Assembly: GCA_964016885.1 (NCBI GenBank)
Contig: OZ024758.1
Location: forward strand, 26,350,001-26,414,000
Length of the DNA: 64,000 nt
Reading direction: 5' to 3'
Source of the DNA: Eledone cirrhosa
Taxonomy: Eukaryota
Below are positions 15,804 to 27,311 of this stretch, in pieces (position 1 is the stretch's first letter; every line of letters begins with the position of its first letter). The notes beneath the pieces were generated by a model. That model saw nothing but the letters and a program-made list of their open reading frames with translations. It did not search any database and was not told the DNA's origin. The translations under genes were made by a program, and so were the position numbers.

Positions 15804-17105
15804 AGGGAGTATAACATGCAGTTATTGTAGGTTCACCTGAGTGAGCACTCGTTGCATAGTTTCCAGTCTTTAAAGAGGTGTAGGACTAAGCAGAGTGTAA
15901 ATATAATAGTAAAAGGACGATTTGTTGTCTTCATAATTGTCTCTACTTTAGGCACAAGGCCAGCAATTACCCAGTGCATTACTGGTACTTTATTTTATCG
16001 ACCCCGTAAGGATGAAAGGCAAAGTCAACCTCGGCGGGATTTGAACTCAGATCGTAAAGGGACGTAACTATGCGGGAAAGCATGGCGTCCGACCCTCTAC
16101 CGATACTGCCAATCCACCGCCCTAACATGGCGTCCGACCCTCTACTGATACTGCCAATCCACCACCCTAGCATGGCGTCCGGCCCTCTACTGATACTGCC
16201 AATCCACCACCCTAGCATGGCGTCCGGCCCTCTACTGATACTGCCAATCCATCACCCTAGCATGGTGTCCAACCCTCTACTGATACTGCCAATCCACCAC
16301 CCTAGCATGGCATCTGACCCTCTACCGATACTGCCAATCCACCACCCTAGCATGGCATCTGACCCTCTACCGATACTGCCAATCCACCACCCTAGCATGG
16401 CGTCCGACCCTCTACCGATACTGCCAATCCACCACGCTAGCATGGCGTCCGACCCTCTACCGATACTGCCAATCCACCACCCTAACATGGCGTCCGACCC
16501 TCTACCGATACTGCCAATCCGCCGCCCTAACATGGCGTCCGACCCTCTACCGATACTGCCAATCCACCACCCTAACATGGCGTCCGACCCTCTACCGATA
16601 CTGCCAATCCGCCGCCCTAACATGGCGTCCGACCCTCTACTGATACTGCCAATCCACCACCCTAACATGGCGTCCGACCCTCTACTGATACTGCCAATCC
16701 GCCGCCCTAACATGGCGTCCGACCCTCTACCGATACTGCCAATCCACCACCCTAACATGGCGTCCGACCCTCTACTGATACTGCCAATCCGCCGCCCTAA
16801 CATGGCGTCCGACCCTCTACCGATACTGCCAATCCACCACCCTAACATGGCGTCCGACCCTCTACCGATACTGCCAATCCACCACCCTAACATGGCGTCC
16901 GACCCTCTACCGATACTGCCAATCCATGTCTTCATAATGCCCTATAGGTTCACTCTGTCATTACCACAACAGAGGTCCGACGAGCTTTTGATTCCAGAGT
17001 CGGGCTAGATCAATACAGATCGAACCTTGAGCTGATCAATAGCAAAACGCGTATCACTACTCAATAAACGAAATGAAGACATAATAAATCATCCTTTTAT
17101 TATAT
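15801..17105. mobile_element. Penelope-like fold-back fragment (same family as 61595-61990) interrupted by an S2 SINE
   Basis: 15903-15933 is inverted relative to 17073-17105; shares gatcaatacagatcgaaccttgagctgatc...aaacgcg with 61746-61800; flanked by (TA)n. Confidence 0.65.
15934..16926 (-). mobile_element. tRNA-derived SINE S2 whose 5' head is amplified as a 45-bp minisatellite (about 19 units, 16081-16926)
   Basis: TSD tgtcttcataat on both sides; unit catggcgtccgaccctctaccgatactgccaatccaccaccctaa. Confidence 0.9.
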
Positions 17106-17160
17106 ATATATATACGATATATTAACAAATGGAAACTATATTTATAAAACCATATTTATT

Positions 17161-17217
17161 TCATTATACATATTTCAAGGACACCAAGTTAAATTATGGT
17201 GTGCTTTCATCAGATAA
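17161..17217 (-). ncRNA. Minimal type-I hammerhead ribozyme in the left arm of fold-back element 17111-17560
   Basis: UUAU-CUGAUGA-AAG(cacacca...uggugu)cCUU-GAAA-UAUGUA-UA/AUGA. The mirror copy at 17364-17420 has AUGAUGA instead of CUGAUGA. Confidence 0.75.
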
Positions 17218-17688
17218 AATATAATATAGAGCAGTTTTATAAATATATATTGACATACCCTTAAAAGAATGCAACCATTACTGTTGGAAGCTCCAGGATA
17301 GTAATGGTTGCATTCTTTAAGGGTATGTCAATATTTATTTATAAAACTGCTCTATATTATATTTTATATGATGAAAGCACACCATAATTTAACTTGGTGT
17401 CCTTGAAATATGTATAATGAAATAAATATGGTTTTATAAATATAGTTTCCATTTGTTAATATATCGTATTTTTACTCCAATTATTTGTTGAGTGCTTTAT
17501 ATCAGTTATAAAAATATTTGTTTGTTGTATCCCAACAATTTAAATAGAACTCTTACATATATATATATATATATATCTGAAGTATTTCCGTAGGAAAGGT
17601 ACAGGAAAAGAGAGTGCTCTATGTAGGTTACAGAGCTTATTTGTTATGTAATAAAATAATTATCTTATGTTGTTTATTACATAACTAA

Positions 17689-17719
<31 letters not shown>

Positions 17720-17798
17720 GATTCAATCGGAGGTAACCACAGTTAGTAAGGTACTCATTGCATTAGTAGAGTGTAAACATCAAGTTTAATATAGAAAT

Positions 17799-17850
17799 GG
17801 CTTCTACAGGACTAGAACTGTTTCATTCAAAAGAAATCATCAGGAAAGCC
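17799..17850 (-). ncRNA. Type-I hammerhead-like motif in element 17720-17875
   Basis: GGCUUUC-CUGAUGA-UUUCUUUUGAAU-GAAA-CAG(uucuaguc)CUG-UA/GAAGCC; stem II is weak (U-U closing). Family copies at 35515-35706 and 52270-52415. Confidence 0.6.
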
Positions 17851-17896
17851 CTGATGATCTGATGATTTCTTTTGGACACACATATATATATATATA

Positions 17897-18510
17897 TCAT
17901 CATCATCATCATCATCATCATCGTCGTTTAACGTCCTTGTTCCACGCTTGCATGGGTTTGGACGGGAGTTTTCCCACTTGAGGCAAAAGTGGTTGTCTTG
18001 CTCGCATAGGACTGTCTGGCGGGTTTTCTACAGCTGGATGCCCTTCCTAACACCAACCACATTTACAGTGTGGGACTGGGAGGTTTTTACCGTGTTGCCT
18101 ACACGGCCACATTACAGCGTGGACTGTGTGTTTTTTTGTCGTGACACCTACACGATCTCATTTGTTTCGGCCTGGATATTGTGGCACCAACATAACTTTA
18201 CATTGAAAGGGGCGGTGTAGATGGGGTGAGGGTGGTGGGACGGGGGGGTGTATTTTGTTAGAGATGCCTACTGACTGTAGTAGGTTTTACTATGCATTTA
18301 GGTAAGGCGGGTCTTCTCTATTACTGAGTACCGCCAAAGGTCTCGGTCCAGTGACATTGTCTTGGAGAGGTGTAAGTGTGTGATGTCGGAGTTTATCAGC
18401 TCGTCCCAGGTTTTTCTGGGTCTGCCTACTCCGTGGCTACCGTCTATCTTTATTGCCCTGCACTTTTTTATACAGCTGTCGTCTTTCATGCGCATCACGT
18501 GTCCATACAG
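17897..18510 (-). mobile_element. RTE-type LINE 3' end (family C)
   Basis: YGHVMRMKDDSCIKKC...GRPRKTWDELINSD...DRDLWR, then about 400-bp 3' UTR and (ATG)n tail. Confidence 0.88.
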
Positions 18511-18553
18511 ACACATACATATATATATATATACATAATGTGTTGTGTGTGTG

Positions 18554-18586
<33 letters not shown>

Positions 18587-18607
18587 GCATGCATGCATAT
18601 ATGCATA

Positions 18608-18812
18608 TACGGGGGTTAGCTGAAAACTTCATAGGCTGACTATAAAGGAGTGATGCCAGAGCTACTGTGAAATCTTGCATGCATTCATTTCATCAACTCT
18701 TATTAAATAACTGCATTGCTTCTTTCCAGGGACTATGTTGAAAAATAAAATTCATTTGGTCATTCCATGAGAGTATCTTGGTAAGCCTATTAACTTTTCA
18801 GTCGATCCTCAG
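18608..18812. mobile_element. Mariner-like MITE (degenerate)
   Basis: Imperfect TIRs cgggggttagctgaaaacttcataggct / agcctattaacttttcagtcgatcctc. Confidence 0.5.
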
Positions 18813-19149
18813 ATGCACGCACGCACACACGCGCACACACCTAATCTAAAATTAATAGAAATAAATAGACTGAAAATAAATAAATAATATACATGTATAA
18901 AAATTTAAATGTAATTGCAAATATGATCTAACAATTCTTGAAATATTTTCAAACTGTTAAGAGTTGCCTTTATCATGTATAAAAAAGCCGATCCAATTGA
19001 TCAAAGCTTTGCGTATCATATAAATAAATAAACAAACATTTGATAGTATACTTGTACACTAGTAGTATGAAAAATACAATCTCTCAATGTATATTTAGAT
19101 GGATTATCTCTCCAGCATTGAATATTGAGAGCATATATATATATATGTA

Positions 19150-19558
19150 TATCATCATCATCATCATTTTACATCTGCTTTTCCCTGCTTGCAAGGGTGG
19201 GACGGGAACTGATTCTGGCTTGATTTCTACAGCTGGATGCCCTTCGTAACACCAACCTCATTTACAGTGAGTGCTGGGTGCTTTTTTTTTCCGTGGCGCC
19301 TACACGTCCACTTTACAGTGTGGGCTGGGGGCTTTTTTGCTGTGGCACCTCCACGACCACTTTGCAGTGTGGGCTGGGGGCTTTTTTGCCATGGCACCTC
19401 CACGACCTATCATCTCATTTCTACAGCTGAGTAAACTGGAGCAATGTGAAATAAAGTGTCTTGCTCAAGGAAACAACACATCACCCGGTCTGAGAATTGA
19501 ACTCACAACCTTTTGATTGCAAGCCCAATGCTCTAACCACTAAGCCATGTGCCTCCAT
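19150..19558 (-). mobile_element. tRNA-derived SINE S1
   Basis: Head GGAGGCACATGGCTTAGTGGTTAGAGC...GAGTTCAATTCTC (Pol III A/B boxes), CORE-like cttgagcaagacacttt, RTE-type tail. Copies at 26490-26830, 29152-29497, 32050-32400, 32600-32970, 41333-41658, 49300-49687, 61234-61582, 61992-62160 and 63927-64000. Confidence 0.9.
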
Positions 19559-19560
19559 AT

Positions 19561-19664
<104 letters not shown>

Positions 19665-20799
19665 CAGAGAGGGTGGGGTAAGATACCAGGTGAACCATAA
19701 CCCACCAGAGTACTCAATACTTAGGGTAGTAGAGTGGGTAATATGAAAAGATTCAGGACCCCGATGGCTGAGCTCTGGCGGTTTCAACATCTAGATCCGT
19801 GTGTTCCAAAAAAAAAAGGTATACACACTTTAACAGCATTCTAATAAATATTGCCTGTACGGGTAATCAAAGTGTGTATACATTTTTTGGAGACACCCTG
19901 TGTGTGTGTGTGTGTGTGTGTTATTAGTACAGATTAAAAGTTTAAGCAATAAATTACTGCTTTTACCTCTCATAATATCAAATCTACAAGATTTTGATAT
20001 TATTTATTTTGAGAACAATACCTTAACGTCAGTATGAGCAGCCAGTTACAGCTGGTTTGAACAGAAATAGGTGAGACAATTCTGGCCAGATATGGCTAGT
20101 TTAAATGCTAAAGGGTTAACATATTTAGTGACCGTCACTCCTGAATTCCTACATAATTGAATCAAAAGACTAAAAAAGCCAGGTGACGATGTACTCTCAC
20201 CAGTACACTAAACGTTGATGTAGTTTGTGCACCTGGGTGCATATCCTGAAACCCTATATATCCACATAGACTTCTCTCAGTGTTTAACAAATTATACCTC
20301 ATGGGAACCTATTAAAGGTCTTTTTATTTTTTTCAGATCAACAAAGATAAGTAATATAGAGTTGTTTATGCCTGGTTAAGAACTACTCCTGTGGTTGTTT
20401 TTACTAGAAACATAACACCATAACTATTGTAATTATATATAAATCAGGGGCAGTGGAACGTCTCACCACCCCCTCCCTCCAAATAATTATATTTTTCTCC
20501 CCAAACTACCAAAACACACATCTATTTGGATATGCGCTACAATTTATGTACATATTATGTTTATCACATGTCAAAGTTTTCTGACCATTTTAGAGTGCAA
20601 AGAGCTAAACTAATGACTACAACTAAATTGACCAAATTTGCATTAGAAATGCTTCCACCACCCCTGTAAATATGCATCTTATTAAATCCTTCTTATTTGA
20701 GTTTAGAATTTACTGCGATAACGTTTGCCTCTAATTTACTAGTAGTGTAATTAGCAACTGTAAAATGTGTAATTGGAAACAAAGTCTATACAGAACTAC

Positions 20800-21520
20800 A
20801 GATCTGTCAACTCTCCACGGCTGACAGGGAGATCTCCCACCCACTTTGGGGTGAGTGAGAGATGTCTTCTCTTGTGAAAATGGGTTTGGCTTTCATTATG
20901 TAAAATCTTCCCATTTTGCCTCATTTCTCCCCGTTTTGGGGCACTTTTTATCCATGGTACTCCCCGTTTGGGTTTTTAGAGGTTGGCAGGTTGTTATTGT
21001 TATATTTGGGTAGGGTCATGTCCTAATATTGCCAAAAAATATCTGTTTCAATACACAATTTCATATCAAAAACCTTGCAAAACAAATACATCGCCACCAA
21101 GAAATGTTTATTTTCAAAAAGCTATATATACCAGACCTGCCAACTCTCCCATGGGACAGGGAGATCTCTCACCCGCTTTGGGGTGGGTGAGAGATGACAT
21201 CTCTTGTGAAAATGGCTATAGCTTTTATTATGTAAAAGGTGGTGGATTGGCAGTATCGGTAGAGGGTCGGACGCAATCCTTTCCAGCATAGTTACGTCCC
21301 TTTACGATCTGAGTTCAAATCCCGCCGAGGTTGACTTTGCCTTTCATCCTTACGGGGTCGATAAAATAAAGTACCAGTAATGCACTGGGTATTTGCTGGC
21401 CTTGTGCCTAAATTAGAAACAATTATGTAAAATCTTCCCATTTTGCCTCATTTCTCCTCGTTTTTGAGCACTTCTTTTCATGGTACTCCCTGTTTGGGTT
21501 TTTAGAGGGTGACAAGTCTG
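20800..21520. mobile_element. Two copies of a ~190-bp TIR element (20800-20992; 21132-21520, the second split by an S2 SINE at 21238-21425)
   Basis: TIR CAGACCTGCCAAC...GTTGGCAGGTCTG-like; SINE TSD attatgtaaaa; third copy at 57286-57483. Superfamily (hAT?) is uncertain. Confidence 0.75.
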
Positions 21521-21654
21521 GAACTAAGACATGTTTTTTAGTTAAGTTTTGCTGTAACAAAAGTAATTTGTTACACTTGTAGTGAGATTTAGAGAGAAAT
21601 TCCCTAATTGGATGACAATATAATTGATGTTGATGTGAAGAATAAAGTCTAAAG

Positions 21655-21918
21655 TCTGGCTTAAGCCAGAAAGCTCATCAGACCAGCGTTTATCCCGGTT
21701 TCATGGCGTGAAGTAATTAGAGTACAAGACTTCCCCCCTGGACAGGACACCAGTCCATTGCAGAGTTAAACCCCCAGCTATTGGTGGTACTCATTTTCAG
21801 CTGAGTATACTAGAGCAACATGAACACAACACAACACGCAACCCAACCCAGGTATCGAACCCACAACATTATGATTGTAAGTCCAATACCCCTTACCACT
21901 AGGCCACATGCCTCCATG
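21655..21918 (-). mobile_element. tRNA-derived SINE, third family
   Basis: Head ggaggcatgtggcctagtggtaagg...ggttcgatacc; relatives at 39965-40225 (-) and 56735-56920 (+). Confidence 0.75.
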
Positions 21919-22052
21919 AAAAATAAAGAGCTTATAAAGATACCAACGATAAAGTCAAGCAAAATAATTTTTTAAAAAATGGCATTATGCTTGACAATTT
22001 TGTTTCATCCTTGACATCATAAAGAAAAGCAGATGTTAGTGATGATAGAGAT

Positions 22053-22353
22053 AATAATTGTTTCTACGTTTGGCACAAGGCCAGCAATTACCCCAGTACA
22101 TTACTAGTATTTTATTTTATCGACCCCGTAAGGATGAAAGGCAAAGTTAACCTCGGCGGGATTTGAACTTAGACCATTAAGGGACGTAACTCTATGCTGC
22201 AAAGCATGGCGTCCAACCCTCTACCGATACTGCTAATCCACCGCCATCACTTAATTGTTTCAACTTTTTGCACAAGGCCAGTAATTACCCCCCAGTGCAT
22301 TACTGGTACTTTATTTTATTGACCCCGTAAGGATGAAAGGCAAAGTTGACCTC
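22053..22353 (-). mobile_element. Tandem pair of S2 SINEs
   Basis: Both match the S2 consensus; the pair is flanked by duplicated gatgatagagataat. Confidence 0.85.
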
Positions 22354-22368
22354 AGATGATAGAGATAA

Positions 22369-22858
22369 TCTTAACTATAATAAAGGAAGGTCTGCGTACG
22401 GGACTGCGTACGTTGTTTTTTTTTTAATCCCGTTTGTAAAATAAGTTGGATTACTTTGAATAAATAATGAATGAATATTACATAATTTATCTACTAAATT
22501 TCGTGGCTGTTCATTAAATATATTTTGTTTATTTAAAGATTCACTTCTTTAAAATTTCTGAAATGTCAACACTTCCGGTTGGCGATCGCTTAAATAAACA
22601 TACTAATTTTCTGTCACTAATTTTCTCCTAATGCAGTTTATATATAATACCGTCTTTTTAAATGTATCATGGATTACGTTACTGATTAAATAAGACAGTG
22701 TAACACAGTCTTCGTTCAATTTCTATGTATTATAAATTGTCAATTACGATTTTATTTGATGTATCATATCTACAAGCATATATACTTGCGTATAATATCA
22801 ATATACACACTACACATGATAGCAGAAAAACCACCCCGAGGGGTGGTTTTTCTGCTAG
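22369..22858 (+). mobile_element. Non-autonomous Helitron-like element
   Basis: A|TCTTAACTATAATAAAG 5' end, 3' end CTAG|T, perfect 18-bp hairpin at 22820-22857, no TSD. Confidence 0.7.
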
Positions 22859-23627
22859 TAGTGTTAATAAGCTATGAAACACACACATAGAATTCTATAA
22901 CTGACAAAACTTGATATTGCTAATAAAACATATGCTACAGCCTCATAGCAAACTTCACTACAAACTAATAATTCACCATCTGGTATTTAAAGCTAACCAC
23001 ATGCGAAAATATTAGTGCATTATTAACAAACACGTTTTTTACTGACTTATCAAAAATAAACATACCATACTATAGTCTTATTATACTATATCAGTAAATA
23101 CATCAAATAGATAAAATTGTTGTTATTGTTGTTATAGTGATGTTTTGGAGGGTGGGATGGGTGTGGGAGTGTTGTATGTGTGTGTTTTTTTTTTTGCAAA
23201 TATTATATATAATACTCTCTACTTTCATTCATAAGCAGTGGATATTTTTAGTAGAAATACAATAATTACAAACATAAAACATAACACATTACTTTAGGCC
23301 ACTGTTGGATCACAGCTTCTATATAGTGTTGAGCAAATTGAGAAAAATTTCCACTTAACCCTTTAATGTTCAAACCAGCCAAACCTGGCCAGAATTCTCT
23401 ACCCTTTTCTGTTGAAACTGGCTGTAACTGGTCGCTCAAACTGATGTTAAGGTATTGTTCTCAAAATAAATACTTTCAAAATCTCATAAATTCGATATTA
23501 TGTGAGATAATTATGTAAAATTTACTATGAAAATATAATAGTATATATAGAGTAATGTGAATGCTAAGATACCAGTCCAGCAAAGATTAAATTTTCCAAT
23601 CCCTTCTGATGTATATTGGTACACACT

Positions 23628-24708
23628 TAACCCTTTAGCATTTAAACTGGACATATCCAGCCAGAATTCTCTCACCTCTTTCTGTTTAAACCGGCCTTAA
23701 CAGGCCACTCATATTGACATTAACCCTCTAGTGTTCAAACCGACCAAACCGATCTACCCGTTTCTGTTGAAACTGGCCGTAACTGGTCGCTCAAACTTAT
23801 ATTAAGGTATTGTTCTGAAAATAAATACTTTCAAAATCTCATAGATTCGATATTATGTGAGATAAAGCCTTTACCATGAAAATATAATAGTATATATAGA
23901 GTAATGTGAATGCTAAAGGGTTAAGGTATTGTTCTCAAAATAAATAATATCAAAATCTCATAGATTCGATATTATATGAGATAAAGCCCTTACCATAAAA
24001 ATACAATAGTATATATAGAGTAATGTAAATGTTAAAGAATTAACGTTGGTATGAGTGGCCAGTTACAGCCAGTTTGAACAGAAAGAGGTGAGAGAATTTT
24101 GTCCAGTTACAGCCAGTTTCAACATAAAGAGGTGAGAGAATTTTGTCCAGTTACAGCCAGTTTCAACATAAAGAGGTGAGAGAATTTTGGCCAGTTACAG
24201 CCAGTTTGAACAGAAAGAGGTGAGAGAATTTTGGCCAGATACAGCCAGTTTGAACATAAAGAGGTGAGAGAATTTTGTCCAGTTACAGCCAGTTTCAACA
24301 TAAAGAGGTGAGAGAATTTTGGCCAGTTACAGCCAGTTTGAACATAAAGAGGTGAGAGAATTTTGGCCAGATACAGCCAGTTTGAACATAAAGAGGTGAG
24401 AGAATTTTGGCCAGATACAGCCAGTTTGAACATAAAACGGTGAGAGAATTCTGGCCAGATACAGCCAGTTTGAACATAAAGAGGTGAGAGAATTTTGGCC
24501 AGTTACAGCCAGTTTGAACATAAAAAGGTGAGAGAATTCTGACCAGATACAGCCAGTTTGAACATAAAGAGGTGAGAGAATTTTGGCCAGATACAGCCAG
24601 TTTGAACATAAAGAGGTGAGAGAATTTTGGCCAGTTACAGCCAGTTGAACATAAAAAGGTGAGAGAATTCTGGCCAGATACAGCCAGTTTAAATGCTAAA
24701 GGGGTTAA
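23628..24708. mobile_element. Nested piggyBac-type MITE cluster with a 44-bp minisatellite (24055-24690, about 14 units)
   Basis: Copy 23721-23924 sits in the internal TTAA of copy 23628-24043; an adjacent partial copy carries the array and ends ctaaaggggttaa. Confidence 0.85.
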
Positions 24709-24989
24709 AGCTATGTGAACTTGGTTTTTGAGAGTTAAATGACTTGATCATCATACAGGCAGTGTTAGTAAAAGATTACCAAAGCTACCAACTATAGGAT
24801 AGTTGATAGGTACTCTGTTAACTAGTATATCTCTGCTCTCTCAGCATGTTCTGAGGCTTTTAGTTTGCTTTATAATCGTATTTAGTGAACATTAGTGTTG
24901 TTGATTACAGGTTTCCAATGAACCAGTCATTCATTCACTGCATTTCTTGTAGATACATTGGCGACGAATAGATGCATACATACAAACAT

Positions 24990-25068
<79 letters not shown>

Positions 25069-25763
25069 CTGCTTGAGATCACTGTGTCCAAATTGCTGGG
25101 TACTAGCATAAAAAATACAATGGTACAGAGGCCCTAAATACACACACACATGCGTGTGCTTATATATATATATATGATGATGATGAAATATATAGCTTAC
25201 AAAACACTCTAGAGTGATTACTGTGCACTTAGGAGTCTTCATTAGGGAAATGGCCTTGTTCAGTATGTAAAGTAATTGGGGGGGGGGGGGGGGACTCCAT
25301 ACAGCATGCCCATTGAATACTATGAGTGCACAATAGGTGTAGTAGTATTGTAGGCAGGCTAACATAGAAGAGGCATTTTTTGTGTAGCAGATGTACAGAT
25401 GTACAAGGATAATTAGTACTAAGAGTATCAGTGAAATATACTGTTTCCAATCCAAGGAAGGTTCCATAGAAATAGTTGCTAGCTTCTAATTAGCAGTGGA
25501 AGAAAGTGGTCTCAGAGCATAGTAACGAAAATATGAATAAGTGGGTAGGGGAGTTCAGGGAGCTACTACCTGTATTGGTAATAAAGGGACTCTTCAATCT
25601 GAGCAAAGGGTGGACTGTATGATGCCTAGATGGCAGTGAGACATGGGCAATGAATGGAGAAGATGTGTAAAGACTAGAAAGAAAGAAGTGAGCATGTTCT
25701 GTTGAATGTGCAATGTTAGTGTACATAATGGAAATATTGATAAGAAAGTAAATTTAATTATAA

Positions 25764-26202
25764 TGATGCTGCATGGTAGTGAGACATGGGCAGCAACTGC
25801 AGAAGATATGCGACGGCTGGAGAGAAAAGAAGCAAGTATGCTCCGTTGGATGTGCAATGTCAATGTACGTGAACGACCAAGCATAGACGAGTTGAGAAAG
25901 AAACTGGGTATAAGAGGGATAAGTTGTGGTGTGCAGGAGAGAAGGCTGAGATGGTATGGACATGTGATGCGCATGGAGGATGACCGATGGGTGAAGAAGT
26001 GCCAGGAAGTCCCAGTGGAGGGAAGACGCAGTAGAGGAAGATCACGAAAGACATGGGCGGAGGTGGTGAGAGCAGACCTCAGATCGCTGAAACTCACGGA
26101 GGAGATGACGAAGGACCGTGACAAGTGGAGAGATGCTGTGCTGAATAGGACCCGTCCAACCCTTGCAAGCAGGGAAAAGCGGACGTAAAATGATGATGAT
26201 GA
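25764..26202 (+). mobile_element. RTE LINE 3' end (family A), preceded by an older RTE remnant at about 25540-25740
   Basis: MLHGSETWA...ASMLRWMC...RLRWYGHVMRMEDD...GRSRKTW...DRDKWR; (ATG)n tail directly after the stop. Confidence 0.92.
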
Positions 26203-26242
26203 TATATATAGTTATGTAATAAACAACATAAGACAATTATTC

Positions 26243-26309
26243 CATTTACCAAAGGTTTCACGAAGACAGACGAGCTCGACAGAGACGTCTGAAATCGCTC
26301 ATCAGAATG
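26243..26309 (-). ncRNA. Type-I hammerhead ribozyme in the left arm of fold-back element 26207-26480
   Basis: CAUU-CUGAUGA-GCGA(...cagacg...cgucug...)UCGU-GAAA-CC-UUU-GG-UA/AAUG: complete core and three stems. The mirror arm lacks the first core C. Confidence 0.82.
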
Positions 26310-27119
26310 AAATTTTATTTGATGAGCGATTTCAGACGCCTGTGTCGAGCTCGTCTGTCTTCGTGAAACCTTTGGTAAATGGAATAATTATCTTATGTTG
26401 TTTATTACATAACTATATATATCTGTAGCTTACATAGAGCACTCTCCTTTTTTTACCTTTCCTACGCAAACACTTAATATATATATCATCGTCATCATCA
26501 TTTCATTTTACGTCCGCTTTTCCCTACTTGCAAGGGTGGGACGGGAACTGATTCTAGCTTGATTTCTACAGCTGGATGCCCTTCCTAACACCAACCTCAT
26601 TTACAGTGAGTGCTGAGTGCTTTTTTGCCGTGGCACCTCCACGACCACTTTACAGTGGAATGATAGGGACCCCAGTCCCTATCATCTCATTTCTACAGCT
26701 GAGTAAACTGGAGCAATGTGAAATAAAGTGTCTTGCTCAAGGAAACAACACATCACCCGGTCTGAGAATTGAACTCACAACCTTTCAACTGCAAGGCCAA
26801 TGCTCTAACCTCTAAGCCATGTGCCTCCATATATAGCACCAATACCACACTGTAAAGTGATCATGTAGATGTCATGACAAAAAGCACCCAGCACACACTG
26901 TAATTGTGGTTAGCATTAGGAAGGGCATCCAGCTGTAGAAATCTAGCCAGAAACAGTTCTGTATGAACAGGACATGGTTATCTGACCCAACTTGCCTCAA
27001 ATGGGACAACCTGTCTAACCCATGCTAGCATGGAAAGTGGACGTTAAACAATAATGATGATATATATATATACCAAGATATTATATGAATGGAAACTAAT
27101 TTATAAAACCATATTTATC

Positions 27120-27176
27120 TTATTATATATATTTCAAGGGCACCCAAGCCAGCCTTGGTGCACTTTCATCAGATAA
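27120..27176 (-). ncRNA. Minimal type-I hammerhead ribozyme in element 27070-27258
   Basis: UUAU-CUGAUGA-AAG(ugcacc...ggugc)cCUU-GAAA-UAUAUA-UA/AUAA; palindromic loop III; related to the 17161 motif. Confidence 0.8.
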
Positions 27177-27254
27177 AATACAAAGTGTTGAGTGATCTAA
27201 ATCAGTTATAAGCATTTATGTTTGTCGGAATTCCAACAAATTAAATACAAATTC

Positions 27255-27311
<57 letters not shown>

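Noticed and set aside
16070-17008. 312-aa Pro/His-rich repeat protein
   Set aside because: 45-bp array derived from a SINE head and enclosed by the SINE TSD.
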